Source: Pontiella sp. | GTDB lineage: Bacteria > Verrucomicrobiota > Kiritimatiellia > Kiritimatiellales > Pontiellaceae | DNA: 64,000 bases | Direction of reading: 5' to 3' | Assembly: GCA_050290185.1 (NCBI GenBank) | Contig: JBNKHE010000005.1 | Location: 160,001 to 224,000 of the forward strand | Part shown: in pieces, positions 49,620 to 59,152 of the stretch | Layout: each line of letters opens with the position of its first letter | How positions within the stretch are numbered: position 1 is the stretch's first letter | The notes under the pieces: model-generated | Told to the model about the DNA's origin: nothing | What the model saw: the letters and a program-made list of their open reading frames with translations, nothing else | The model's database searches: none | Program-made: the position numbers and the translations under genes

Positions 49620-52088
49620 CTATTCTTCAGGCATGTCAACGGAACAAGGCTCCAGATGCCAAATATCATCGCAGTAGTCCTGAATCGACCGGTCTGACGA
49701 GAACCACCCCATACGAGCAACATTGAGAATGGCCTTTTCTGCCCACTTTGAGGACGTGGAATACAGTTTGTCTACTTCGTCATTGCACTTCACATAGTCG
49801 GCAAAGTCGGCGAGATAGAAGTAGAAGTCGCCATGTTCCGTGAGATCATTGTAGATATCCTTGAATAGATCGGGCATCGAGGGATCGAAGATGTTGTCGC
49901 GGATGGCTTCCAGCACCTTGGTCAGATCCTTGGATTTATCCATGTAGGAGCGCGGGTTGTATCCCTTGCGGCGGAGCTCCTCCAGATCCTCGGTGCGGTT
50001 TCCGAAGATGAAGATGTTATCCTCGCCTACATGCTGTGCAATTTCGACATTTGCGCCGTCCCAGGTACCCACGGTCAGCGCACCGTTGAGGGAAAGCTTC
50101 ATGTTGCCGGTCCCCGAAGCTTCGAGTCCTGCGGTGGAAATCTGCTCGGAAATATCCGCCGCCGGAATGATTTTTTCGGCGAGAGAGACATTGTAGTCCG
50201 GAAGGAAGATTACCTTCAGGCGTCCGGCCACATCAACGTCATGATTGATCACGTCCGCCATCGAGTTAATCAGCTTAATCACCGACTTGGCGATGAGATA
50301 GGCCGGCGCGGCCTTCGCCGCAAAGATGAAGGTACGCGGCTGGATCTTGACCTTCGGGTTTTCCTTTATCTTGTTGTAGAGATAGATGATATGCATCGCT
50401 TTCAACAACTGGCGCTTGTACATATGCAAGCGCTTGATCTGAACATCGAAAATCGAATCAGGACTGACGTTATGCCCGGTAAGGTCAAGGATCGTTTTGC
50501 ATAGTTCGGCCTTATTGGCGCGTTTGATCTCCATAAAGCGCTTCTGGATGCCACGGCTCTTGGCCGATTCCTCAAAGGCCTTCAGCAGCGAGAGATCCTT
50601 TTTCCACTCAACTCCAATCTGCCCGGAGATCAGATCCGTCAGTGCCGGATTAGCCTTGAGCAACCATCGCCGGTGCGTAATGCCGTTGGTGATATTGCAG
50701 AACTTGCCTGGATAGAGTTTGTCGAACTCGGGCATGGTCTTAGTGCGAAGCAATTCGGAATGCAATGCGGATACGCCGTTGACCTTGCTGCTGCCAACCA
50801 CACATAGATTGGCCATGCGAACCTGTTGGTGCGGACCTTCTTCGATCAGAGAAACATTGCGCATCAATTCGCCGGCACCGGGGCTGGAAATTTCCACTTT
50901 TTCCAGGAAGCGGTGGTTGATCTCGTAGATGATCTGCATGTGGCGCGGAAGCACGCGCTGCAACAGGTCGACCGTCCATTTTTCCAGCGCCTCAGCCAGC
51001 AGGGTGTGGTTCGTATAGCAGAAGGTGTTGGACGTAATTTCCCAGGCCTTGTCCCACGGAATCCGTTCTTCGTCGTGGAGCACACGCATCAGTTCTGGAA
51101 TCGCGAGGGTGGGATGGGTGTCGTTGAGCTGAATCACATTTTTTTCAGCAAACCGGGTGAAATCGTTATGGTTCTTCTTGTAGCGGCGGATAATGTCCCG
51201 TACGGAGCAGGATGCGAGGAAGTATTCCTGAATCAGCCGCAACTCCTTGCCGGCATAGGTAAAGTCCGAGGGATAAAGTACCTTGGATACGTTTTCCGCC
51301 CAGTTCTTTTCTTCAACCGCACGGACATAATCGCCTTGGTTGAAAACATCCAGCCGGAAGCCTTCGGCCGCCTGTGATTTCCAAAGTCGGAGCATATTTA
51401 CCGAATTTACGCCATAGCCAATGATCGGCACATCGTAGGGAACAGCTTCGAAGACCTGGAAATCCTCCCAGATATCGGCATCTCCTTTTCCGGGCGCAAA
51501 GTTTTTCTTTACCCGGCCGTATACGCAAACCGGCAATGTGTATTCCGGTCGGATCAATTCCCATGGATAACCGAGCGCAAGCCATTCATCGGGACGTTCA
51601 CACTGCCAGCCGTTATCGAATTCCTGACGAAAAATCCCGTGTTCATAACGGATGCCATAGCCATAGGCCGGCAGCTGCATGGTTGCGAGGGAATCCAGAT
51701 AGCAGGCCGCAAGACGACCGAGGCCGCCATTGCCGAGACCGGCTTCAACATCGAGATCGAGAACCTCTTCGACCGTGGTATCCAGGGCCTTGAGTGCTTC
51801 GGGAACAATCTTTTCTATGCCAAGGGCGTACATGTTGTTCTCGAGCATCTTGCCGATGAGATACTCCATGGACAGATAATTTACACGCCGCACATCCTGT
51901 TCCAGATACTGCTTCTGGGTGGCAATAAATCCGTCGACGGCCATGTCGCGTACAGCATGCGAAAAGCAGCTCATCTTATCGAATGTGGTCGCGGCTCCGA
52001 GATCCTTGCCCCGGCTGTACTTGAGATGAAACAGAGCCCGCTTGCTCAACCGCTCCGCCGTGATGCTATCTTTAAAATGTTTTGACAT
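49620..52088 (-). CDS. glgP: Glycogen/alpha-glucan phosphorylase
   Basis: GLGNGGLGRLAAC, QLNDTHP, NGVS.LH, EASGTGNMK. Confidence 0.96.
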   Translation of the reverse strand: MSKHFKDSITAERLSKRALFHLKYSRGKDLGAATTFDKMSCFSHAVRDMAVDGFIATQKQYLEQDVRRVNYLSMEYLIGKMLENNMYALGIEKIVPEALKALDTTVEEVLDLDVEAGLGNGGLGRLAACYLDSLATMQLPAYGYGIRYEHGIFRQEFDNGWQCERPDEWLALGYPWELIRPEYTLPVCVYGRVKKNFAPGKGDADIWEDFQVFEAVPYDVPIIGYGVNSVNMLRLWKSQAAEGFRLDVFNQGDYVRAVEEKNWAENVSKVLYPSDFTYAGKELRLIQEYFLASCSVRDIIRRYKKNHNDFTRFAEKNVIQLNDTHPTLAIPELMRVLHDEERIPWDKAWEITSNTFCYTNHTLLAEALEKWTVDLLQRVLPRHMQIIYEINHRFLEKVEISSPGAGELMRNVSLIEEGPHQQVRMANLCVVGSSKVNGVSALHSELLRTKTMPEFDKLYPGKFCNITNGITHRRWLLKANPALTDLISGQIGVEWKKDLSLLKAFEESAKSRGIQKRFMEIKRANKAELCKTILDLTGHNVSPDSIFDVQIKRLHMYKRQLLKAMHIIYLYNKIKENPKVKIQPRTFIFAAKAAPAYLIAKSVIKLINSMADVINHDVDVAGRLKVIFLPDYNVSLAEKIIPAADISEQISTAGLEASGTGNMKLSLNGALTVGTWDGANVEIAQHVGEDNIFIFGNRTEDLEELRRKGYNPRSYMDKSKDLTKVLEAIRDNIFDPSMPDLFKDIYNDLTEHGDFYFYLADFADYVKCNDEVDKLYSTSSKWAEKAILNVARMGWFSSDRSIQDYCDDIWHLEPCSVDMPEE

Positions 52089-52169
52089 ATATTAACCCCA
52101 TTTAAAGTACTGCTTCTCAACTGACCTTTAATTAGCTTAGAGGGTGGGGGGATGCAAGTTCCGTTGGGA

Positions 52170-52667
52170 TTAATTGTAGTTACGCTGTTCAATCGCGAGC
52201 AACAGACGCTTCCAGGCAATCCCGCAGGAGAATCCTCCCGGATTGCCATCGGAACAGATAACGCGATGGCAGGGTATAAAGAGAGGGACAGGATTACGTC
52301 CGCATGCATTTGCGACAGCACGGCATGCAGAGTTGTTTCCCAGCATTTCAGCCAGCTCTTTATAGGAACGTGTTTCTCCATGGGGGATTGTAAGCATTGC
52401 ATTCCAGACGTTCTGCTGAAAGATGGTCCCCCGTAATTTCCCAACAAGAGGACGTTCGGGATTTCCTCCCTCCAACAGTTCCTTAACGTAGCGCGAGAAC
52501 GGGTCGGTTACGGATTCCAAAACACCAAAGGAGTCTCGCGGGACATCGGTTAAATGCGGCAGGCTGCATTCCACCACGCCATCACGATCGTTCACTATCC
52601 GGATGGAACCCCAGCTGGAGAGGACGGTGCACACCTGGCTTTCATCCCTTATGGCGCAGGTGTTCAT
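52170..52667 (-). CDS. ogt: Methylated-DNA--protein-cysteine methyltransferase
   Basis: GT.FQ..VW, RAVA.AC..NP, IPCHRV. Confidence 0.92.
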   Translation of the reverse strand: MNTCAIRDESQVCTVLSSWGSIRIVNDRDGVVECSLPHLTDVPRDSFGVLESVTDPFSRYVKELLEGGNPERPLVGKLRGTIFQQNVWNAMLTIPHGETRSYKELAEMLGNNSACRAVANACGRNPVPLFIPCHRVICSDGNPGGFSCGIAWKRLLLAIEQRNYN

Positions 52668-52672
52668 CGTGA

Positions 52673-53407
52673 CTAATCTCCCAGCGAAGGAATCACCAGC
52701 GTCTGTCCAACGCGCAGTGAATTCGGATTGGAAAGCGAATCCCTGTTTGCATCGAATATGATATCTGAATGGGAAGAGTCACCGTAAAATTTTGTGGCGA
52801 TTTTCGTAAGGTTGTCGCCGGCTACGACCGTATAGATCGAATGGCTACGTGCCGGCTTGGCCGCAGGTTTCACCGTTGTCGGGGCCGGCTCCGGCTTGGG
52901 TTCCGTTTTAACAACCGCTGCCGCCTGGGGGGCTTGCCTGGAAGACGGGCCACTGGAGGCCAACTGCTTCCTGAGGGACTCGTTTTCCTGCTGCAGTCGT
53001 TTCAGTTCGACGGCCACCTTTTGAATCTCCGGTGATTGCTGGATTGCCTGAATTGCGAGCGCTCGCGATACCTTGTCGCGTTGCTCACGAATGAATGTCG
53101 CTTTTTCGGACTCGGGGCGAAGTTCAAGATAACGATCATAATGATAGATGGCGTAGATATAGTTCGGCTTGTACTGCTGATAGATCAGGGCGAGATTCAG
53201 GTGGGGTTTCGCCATGAGCGGATCGTTGTCCAGCGCCTCTTTGAAAGCCTGTTCCGCTTCATCCCATTGACTTTGCTCCATGTAGGCTACACCGGTTTTT
53301 ACCAGTGGATCTCGTTCCTCCTTCTCGTCGGCAGACAGTCCGTTGTCATTGCAACCCGTCATGGCGAGAACGGCGATACAGAGCGGGATAGAGTATAGTT
53401 TACGCAT
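52673..53407 (-). CDS. Lipoprotein with TPR, coiled coil and C-terminal LysM domain
   Basis: Lipobox MTGC; TPR-like helices; YTVV.GD.L..IA..FYG ... L.VGQ.L.IP. Confidence 0.85.
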   Translation of the reverse strand: MRKLYSIPLCIAVLAMTGCNDNGLSADEKEERDPLVKTGVAYMEQSQWDEAEQAFKEALDNDPLMAKPHLNLALIYQQYKPNYIYAIYHYDRYLELRPESEKATFIREQRDKVSRALAIQAIQQSPEIQKVAVELKRLQQENESLRKQLASSGPSSRQAPQAAAVVKTEPKPEPAPTTVKPAAKPARSHSIYTVVAGDNLTKIATKFYGDSSHSDIIFDANRDSLSNPNSLRVGQTLVIPSLGD

Positions 53408-53438
53408 AATTCCAATCCTTTTTTATTAACCAAATCCT

Positions 53439-54665
53439 TTATGGATGATTCGCATCAACCGAGGAAATATATCCCGTCGCCCTCACGAATCCCGAACTAA
53501 ATTTCTCGATTATTGAGCCGTCCGTTTCCCGTAGCAGGAACATGGCCTCGACACCCGGCCTGTTCTCAACCCACACCAGCCCTTCCTCCGGTCCCATTAC
53601 ATACAGGGCGGTCGCCATGCCATCGGCATCGGTGCAGTTATCTGCGAAAACCGAGACGCTCGCGGTATGGGAGAGCACGGTTCGTCCAGTTCGCGGATCT
53701 AGAATATGGGTATAGATGACTCCGTCCTTTTCCAGGTAGTTTCGATAGTCGCCCGATGTTGCAACGGCTCCGGAAGAAAAATTGAGAATCCCCTGCAGCG
53801 CGTCGTCCAAGGGGTTGGTGTCCGGATACTGGATGCCGATTTTCCAAGGGACTCCGGCAGGATTCAATCCCTTAACCACAACCTCACCGCCGATTTCAAC
53901 GAACCAGTTTTCGAATCCCGCTTTTTCCAGGATATGGGCAACGGCATCGACTCCATACCCCTTTGCAATGGCCCCCAGCGCCAATGATACTTCCGGTTCG
54001 CTCTTGCGCAGACCGGTCGGCGATGGCACCGAGACTTTCTCCCAGCCGGTCATCGCTTTGGCTTCGGCGATGGCTACATCGGATGGAACCGCACTGGTGA
54101 CACCTTCGCTTCCGAATCCCCACAGATTAAGCAAGGGTTGCAGTGTGGGGTCGAACGCTCCGTCCGTAGTTTCACTGAAATCCAAAGCCCGGGAGACCAC
54201 CTTTGCAAAACCTTCCGACACCGTGATGGGATTCGTTGAGATCGAATGGTTGAACATGGAGATTTCGCTATCCATATCCCAGGTGGACATCTGACGATTG
54301 ACCTCCTGTAATTCAAGGATGATGTCGTTGATTAGCTTTTCGGCACCGGCGGGTTGCAGATGGTCGGCTATCCGGATGCTGTATGTGGTCCCCATGGTCC
54401 GCCCCCAAATGGACGGTTGCAGCAATGAAACCTCCGGATTCCATTTATCCAACGGCAACTGGATGGCGACTGCGCCGATTCCGCTGGTGTGCGGCATTTT
54501 CTTCAAGTCGGCACGTTGCATTCCGCAAGTCATCGCAACCTGCCCGGGATCAATTTCAATCGAAACAGCCACAGGAAGCCGGTTCCAACGATAGTACCCC
54601 CCTGAAAAAAGCGCGATGACAAGCCCAAGGCCAATGAGATTGCGTTTCCAGGAATAGTTTATCAT
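53439..54665 (-). CDS. apbE: FAD:protein FMN transferase
   Basis: TMGT, GAFDPT, GAIAKGY.VD, GGE, ATSGDY, HILDPRTG, AD..ATA. Confidence 0.92.
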   Translation of the reverse strand: MINYSWKRNLIGLGLVIALFSGGYYRWNRLPVAVSIEIDPGQVAMTCGMQRADLKKMPHTSGIGAVAIQLPLDKWNPEVSLLQPSIWGRTMGTTYSIRIADHLQPAGAEKLINDIILELQEVNRQMSTWDMDSEISMFNHSISTNPITVSEGFAKVVSRALDFSETTDGAFDPTLQPLLNLWGFGSEGVTSAVPSDVAIAEAKAMTGWEKVSVPSPTGLRKSEPEVSLALGAIAKGYGVDAVAHILEKAGFENWFVEIGGEVVVKGLNPAGVPWKIGIQYPDTNPLDDALQGILNFSSGAVATSGDYRNYLEKDGVIYTHILDPRTGRTVLSHTASVSVFADNCTDADGMATALYVMGPEEGLVWVENRPGVEAMFLLRETDGSIIEKFSSGFVRATGYISSVDANHP

Positions 54666-55045
54666 CAGGCCTTGGCCACCAGTTCGATTTCCACCAGCGA
54701 AGCTTTGGGCAAGGCGGCCACCTGCACGGTTGACCGGGCAGGTGCGTTTTCTTCGCCAATGTATTCCGCATAAACGGTGTTGAGTTCAGGAAAGTCATTC
54801 ATATCTGCCAAGAATACCGTGGTCTTGATGACATCATCCAGCGTGCACCCGGCGGCCTCGAGAACGGCCTTTAGGTTTTCAAACACCTGGATGGTTTGTT
54901 CGCGGATTCCACCGTCCACGAGAACGCCGGTTGCCGGGTCAATGGGAATCTGTCCCGATGTATAGATGAGATGTCCACACTTGACGGCCTGATTGTACGG
55001 CCCGATCGGAGCGGGAGCCTGGTCGGTATTTATGATGTGCTTCAT
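54665..55045 (-). CDS. ridA: RidA family enamine/imine deaminase
   Basis: AP.PIGPY.QA, SGQIP, PARS.V.V..LP....VEIE. Confidence 0.93.
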   Translation of the reverse strand: MKHIINTDQAPAPIGPYNQAVKCGHLIYTSGQIPIDPATGVLVDGGIREQTIQVFENLKAVLEAAGCTLDDVIKTTVFLADMNDFPELNTVYAEYIGEENAPARSTVQVAALPKASLVEIELVAKA

Positions 55046-55060
55046 AATGCTATCCTTTCT

Positions 55061-56140
55061 TTAAGACGGTTTTTCAAGTTCCTCGATGATTTTCAAGTCG
55101 GCTTTGGAGTAGGGGTAGTCCCTTAGGTTCGAAATCCTGAGCCACTTGTAGTCCTGGCAGTGAATAGGGCGGGGACGGCCGGAGCGTATCCGCGCGTGGT
55201 ACGCATGCATATCCATGGTAAAATGGCTATAGGCGTGTTTTACCGTGACCAGAAAATCGCCGACTTCGATGTTTACGCCCAGCTCCTCCTTCAACTCTCG
55301 CGCAATACACTGCTGAATGGTTTCACCGGTTTCTTGCTTGCCACCCGGGAATTCCCACAGGCCTCCAAGCATATCCTCGTTCCTCCGCTGGGCAATCAGA
55401 ACTTCGCCTTTGCGGTTGGAGACAATCGCCGCACCCACAACCATGTGAGGCACCTTCTTTTTGGTCGCTTTTATCGGATAGTCAGTGGGGCGTTCGGACT
55501 TTTGAGCCAGACAGACGGATGAAACCGGGCAGATACCGCACTGGGGGTTCCTGGGGAGGCAGATGGTTGCTCCAAGCTCCATCATGGCTTCGTTATAGTT
55601 TCCCGCGTCACCGGCGACCAGCAGCTGATCGGTCATTTGCTGCAGTTCCTTTCGTGCGGCGCTTCCCGCCGTATCCTTGGTGTAGGCATACAGCCGAGAA
55701 AGCACCCGAATCACGTTTCCATCGAGCACGGCAAGATCCAGATTGAAGGCCAGCGATCCAATGGCGGCAGCGGTATAGCTGCCGATCCCCGGCAGTTGCT
55801 GGATTTCCTCGGCCGTCCGGGGAAAGCGCCCCTTATGTTCGTCTGCAATAATCCGAGCCGCCTTGTGCAGATTTCTCGCCCTCGAATAATAGCCGAGACC
55901 TTCCCACATTTTCAGCACGTCTTCCTGAGATGCGGCAGCCAGGGATTTCAGCGACGGAAACCGTTTCATGAAACGGTGGAAATAGGGCGTGGCCTGGTCC
56001 ACACGGGTCTGCTGCAGCATCAACTCCGAAATCCAGACGCGATAAGGAGTCCGGTTGCTTCGCCATGGCATACTGCGCCGGTTGGCGGAAAACCATGGAA
56101 GCAGTTTGGTTTTGATGGCCTGTTTGGTGTCCATTGTCAT
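55061..56140 (-). CDS. mutY: A/G-specific adenine glycosylase with a C-terminal MutT-like Nudix domain
   Basis: SELMLQQT, W.GLGYY.RARN, LPGIG.YTA, DGNV.RV, C.P..P.C..CP....C, HAYSHF. Confidence 0.95.
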   Translation of the reverse strand: MTMDTKQAIKTKLLPWFSANRRSMPWRSNRTPYRVWISELMLQQTRVDQATPYFHRFMKRFPSLKSLAAASQEDVLKMWEGLGYYSRARNLHKAARIIADEHKGRFPRTAEEIQQLPGIGSYTAAAIGSLAFNLDLAVLDGNVIRVLSRLYAYTKDTAGSAARKELQQMTDQLLVAGDAGNYNEAMMELGATICLPRNPQCGICPVSSVCLAQKSERPTDYPIKATKKKVPHMVVGAAIVSNRKGEVLIAQRRNEDMLGGLWEFPGGKQETGETIQQCIARELKEELGVNIEVGDFLVTVKHAYSHFTMDMHAYHARIRSGRPRPIHCQDYKWLRISNLRDYPYSKADLKIIEELEKPS

Positions 56141-56152
56141 TTGCGCAGAACC

Positions 56153-57400
56153 TCATCGGGGTATCATATGAATGATCTGGATCCGGCGATGGGTTGCCGA
56201 ATGGATGCGGAGCGTGTATCCAGGGACCTCCAGACTTTCGCCAACCTTGGGAATGCGCCCCAGTTCTGCAAAAACATATCCACCGAGCGAGTCATATTCC
56301 TCGCTTTCCGGAAGATTCGTGGACAGTATTTCATTCATTTCGTAAATAGGCATGCGCGCCTTGATCATAACGCTGCCATCGGGTCGACGGTGGAACTCCT
56401 TTTCTTCGAGGTCGTATTCATCCTCGATCTCACCCACCAATTCCTCAATCACATCCTCCATGGTCACAAGCCCCTCGGTGCCGCCGTATTCGTCGACGAC
56501 CAACACCATCTGGGAACGCGACGTCTTCATCAGTTGAAGAAGGTCGTTCAACGGCATCGTCTCCGGCACGAAATCAATGCGTTTGACCAGCTGACTGATT
56601 GAGGTTTCGGATTCAATGGCCGTGACCGACAGCCGAAGCAGATCCTTCACGTGCACCATCCCGACAACATCATCGATGTTTTCATGATAGACGGGAAAAC
56701 GGGAGTGCCTTGATTCCTTGACCTGCTCAATGCATTCGCCAACCGTCAAGGTGTCCTTTATTCCGCTGATATCGATACGCGGCGTCATGATCTCGCGGGC
56801 AATGGTGTCGCCAAACTCGAAAACACTGCGAATAATTTCCCGTTCCTCTTCCTCGAGATTCTGTTCATCCGTATCCTCCAGAAGACTGATGACTTCATCT
56901 TCCGTCGAGGGACGGTCCTCCTCATCGGACGCGGACATCGCATGGGACAACAACCGATCCTCGATTCGCTGCAACGGCCAGACAAAGATGTACAAAGCCA
57001 GCGTGACCGGCTCAACAATCGGAAGCGCAGACAATGAAATCCGATCCGCATAACTTTCGGATAAGATGTGGGGAATGATCCGCGCGATTAGCATATAGGC
57101 CAGTGAGTAGACAAACAGCGCCGCAAATAGCACCGGCGCCGCACAATCCCTGATTGATAGATAAAACAACACAAACGTCGCGATGGCGCACAGCGTCAGC
57201 AGCAGCCGGGTAGTTTTACAAAGCAGGTTCCATCGGTCCTTCCAACGCTCCAGGAGCTTTAATCTTCGGCCGGCACGCTCAATTAAGCGGGGGAGGCCAA
57301 CATCACCGGTATATCTTAAGGAGTCGAAAACGGAGGCAAGCAGACCTGCAAAAAAAAGAGCAATAAGGCTGTAGGCGAATAAATTCGTATGTATGTACAT
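56153..57400 (-). CDS. Hemolysin/CorC family transporter-associated protein (CNNM + CBS pair + CorC_HlyC)
   Basis: N-terminal TMs, REIMTPR, HSRFPV, VVDEYGGT.GLVT.ED..EE.VGEI.DE.D. Confidence 0.9.
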   Translation of the reverse strand: MYIHTNLFAYSLIALFFAGLLASVFDSLRYTGDVGLPRLIERAGRRLKLLERWKDRWNLLCKTTRLLLTLCAIATFVLFYLSIRDCAAPVLFAALFVYSLAYMLIARIIPHILSESYADRISLSALPIVEPVTLALYIFVWPLQRIEDRLLSHAMSASDEEDRPSTEDEVISLLEDTDEQNLEEEEREIIRSVFEFGDTIAREIMTPRIDISGIKDTLTVGECIEQVKESRHSRFPVYHENIDDVVGMVHVKDLLRLSVTAIESETSISQLVKRIDFVPETMPLNDLLQLMKTSRSQMVLVVDEYGGTEGLVTMEDVIEELVGEIEDEYDLEEKEFHRRPDGSVMIKARMPIYEMNEILSTNLPESEEYDSLGGYVFAELGRIPKVGESLEVPGYTLRIHSATHRRIQIIHMIPR

Positions 57401-57668
57401 CAACGCTTTCAATTATGGATTCAGTAATTTCTTTTCTGCCTGTACTAAAGCGCATGCTTCGTTTTCTTTCCAGTCAAACCCTCTGCCAAAGTGAAGTACG
57501 TTAAACCTGAATGAGTACCGAATCCGCGACGCTTCAGAAGAATGCATCCAAATAGTAATCAATCAATTCCTCATGAATTTGTCCGTCCAGTCCCGAATCT
57601 CCTCATAGTAGTCCGAATAGCCCGCAAACCAGCAAAACCACCATATTTAGAGCAAATCACAAACCATA

Positions 57669-57696
57669 TATAGACATAAGATTTATTATGCGACGT
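57669..57696 (-). other. dif-like XerC/XerD recombination site (candidate att junction of the prophage)
   Basis: Minus strand ACGTCGCATAA-TAAATC-TTATGTCTATA; 11-6-11 layout matching E. coli dif GGTGCGCATAA-TGTATA-TTATGTTAAAT at 7/11 in each arm, with the inner CATAA/TTATG intact. Confidence 0.72.
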
Positions 57697-57826
57697 TCTA
57701 ATTGTAAGTAACTCTGTTAATAGTTTTTGCATAAGTACCGAGGCCAAAAACTGGCCTGAAAAAAAGTGAAAATATTTTCATGCGATCCCCTCTAAAAATC
57801 GAATTTCGGATTTTGCGCAGTACGAA

Positions 57827-57988
57827 TTACGATTTTTCTTTGTTCTCGATGGCCTTCGTGATCAACAAGGCAAGCTTTCCTTGTTCGATGGCAGAAAGCT
57901 TTTCTAGTCCGTTGATCGTCGTGCGCAACATGGCATCTCTTATTAGCTTTGCGCGCTTTCGTTTCGTTGCTGGAAGAAATGGATTCAT
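57827..57988 (-). CDS. Prophage small basic protein (53 aa)
   Basis: Hand translation MNPFLPATKRKRAKLIRDAMLRTT...KEKS*; TAATG overlap with the upstream gene. Confidence 0.6.
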   Translation of the reverse strand: MNPFLPATKRKRAKLIRDAMLRTTINGLEKLSAIEQGKLALLITKAIENKEKS

Positions 57989-58224
57989 TATTCTTTAGAA
58001 GAAATTTCAGAGGCCCGATACCAAACCATCGTACCAGGAATGAGAAGCATCCGACCTTGACGCTTTCCTGTCTTGTGGTCGATCAAGCCTTCCGTCCACA
58101 TTCCGGAAGCCGGCACACGGTAGACGGCATCAGGATTGAATGTTGTTGTCAGCTTCGTACTGGCGCAGCTCGTCATTAAGAGAGTCACGCAAGCTATCGT
58201 TATCATCGGCGGGGCTTTCTTCAT
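57988..58224 (-). CDS. Prophage lipoprotein, o-spanin-like
   Basis: Hydrophobic leader with lipobox MTSC; overlaps the 3' end of a TM-anchored gene in another frame. Confidence 0.55.
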   Translation of the reverse strand: MKKAPPMITIACVTLLMTSCASTKLTTTFNPDAVYRVPASGMWTEGLIDHKTGKRQGRMLLIPGTMVWYRASEISSKE

Positions 58225-58330
58225 ATTTCATAGCCTCTGATTTTTGATCATGCCTGGACAATAGAACCTTGAGCACGGAAACCGCGATTGCGGCCAGAAT
58301 CGTGCCCAAGGTTGCGGCGAGAGATTCCAC
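58130..58330 (-). CDS. Prophage N-terminal TM protein, i-spanin-like
   Basis: Single N-terminal TM then a charged helical tail; GTG start 4 nt after the holin-like stop. Confidence 0.5.
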   Translation of the reverse strand: MESLAATLGTILAAIAVSVLKVLLSRHDQKSEAMKYEESPADDNDSLRDSLNDELRQYEADNNIQS

Positions 58331-58333
58331 CGG

Positions 58334-58618
58334 CTATTTACCGGCCTTGCTGCTCAAGTTAATGGCCAGCGTGTTGATGATCCGTTTTACGAATGCCCAG
58401 GCGGGCGGATCGGTTGGCTTGACCTCGAAGAAATTGGCAATGATTGAGCTGGCGGCCACCAGCAACGGCAGCACAACGGTCAACGCCATATCCCACCCTG
58501 CCGACCCCGTCGTTCCATCAACCGGCGCAACATCCGTCTGGGCCATTCCGATTGCGGGAAACATCAATACGACGAGCATCGCCAGCATTATAATCATTTC
58601 AGACATGTTCATTTTCAT
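58334..58618 (-). CDS. Prophage holin-like membrane protein
   Basis: AAGGAG RBS, Met-Lys-Met start, two hydrophobic segments, 'AASSIIA...KP.D....RIINTLAIN..KA' tail resembling small phage holins. Confidence 0.55.
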   Translation of the reverse strand: MKMNMSEMIIMLAMLVVLMFPAIGMAQTDVAPVDGTTGSAGWDMALTVVLPLLVAASSIIANFFEVKPTDPPAWAFVKRIINTLAINLSSKAGK

Positions 58619-58634
58619 TTTGATCTCCTTTGGG

Positions 58635-58811
58635 TTAATGAAATGCGTGGATTGCGCGATCCTCGATATGGCGATCCAGTCGAGCATGGGCTTTGCTGAT
58701 AGAGTTGTCCTGGTGATCGAGTCGGTTGAGCAAAAGCTTTATGGCAATCCCCGAAATGATCGTTTGAGCACCAAGCAACATTGCAATCACAACCCCTAGC
58801 GTTCCGTCCAT
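58635..58811 (-). CDS. Prophage small membrane protein (58 aa)
   Basis: Hand translation MDGTLGVVIAMLLGAQTIISGIAIKLLLNRLDHQD...AFH*; TAATG coupling. Confidence 0.6.
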   Translation of the reverse strand: MDGTLGVVIAMLLGAQTIISGIAIKLLLNRLDHQDNSISKAHARLDRHIEDRAIHAFH

Positions 58812-59152
58812 TACGTCCCTACCTTCTTAAAAACTTGCGTGATCGGTTTCCGGTATGCAATGAGCGTCGTTAGGCCAAGGGCCACCAGCGTTGATATTGC
58901 TGCCTTGGCGATAGTTTTCCCGGTGGCCGTGGCAGCGGTGGCGATTTGATCTCTGTATCCCCCAACCGTTTCGGCCACGGCCCCAGGAAGTTGAGCAATC
59001 AGTGAATCGTTTTGAAGTCCCCCATGGAATGCCACAAGTTCAGCGGTGCGCTGTTTTGGCCTGGAATCGTTCCATGTTGTCGCATTCCACCCGCGGGAAA
59101 TCAGGAAGTGCTTATAGGCTGGATTCGAATCGAGGGCATCCCATAGCGTCAT
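58811..59152 (-). CDS. Prophage protein with a C-terminal TM anchor; N-terminal domain paralogous to 63829-63990
   Basis: ATGA coupling; TM followed by a basic tail. Confidence 0.7.
   Translation of the reverse strand: MTLWDALDSNPAYKHFLISRGWNATTWNDSRPKQRTAELVAFHGGLQNDSLIAQLPGAVAETVGGYRDQIATAATATGKTIAKAAISTLVALGLTTLIAYRKPITQVFKKVGT

Noticed and set aside
57413..57660. Coding remnant between the hemolysin-family gene and the dif-like site
   Set aside because: The minus-strand frames I translated are interrupted and resemble nothing I recognise
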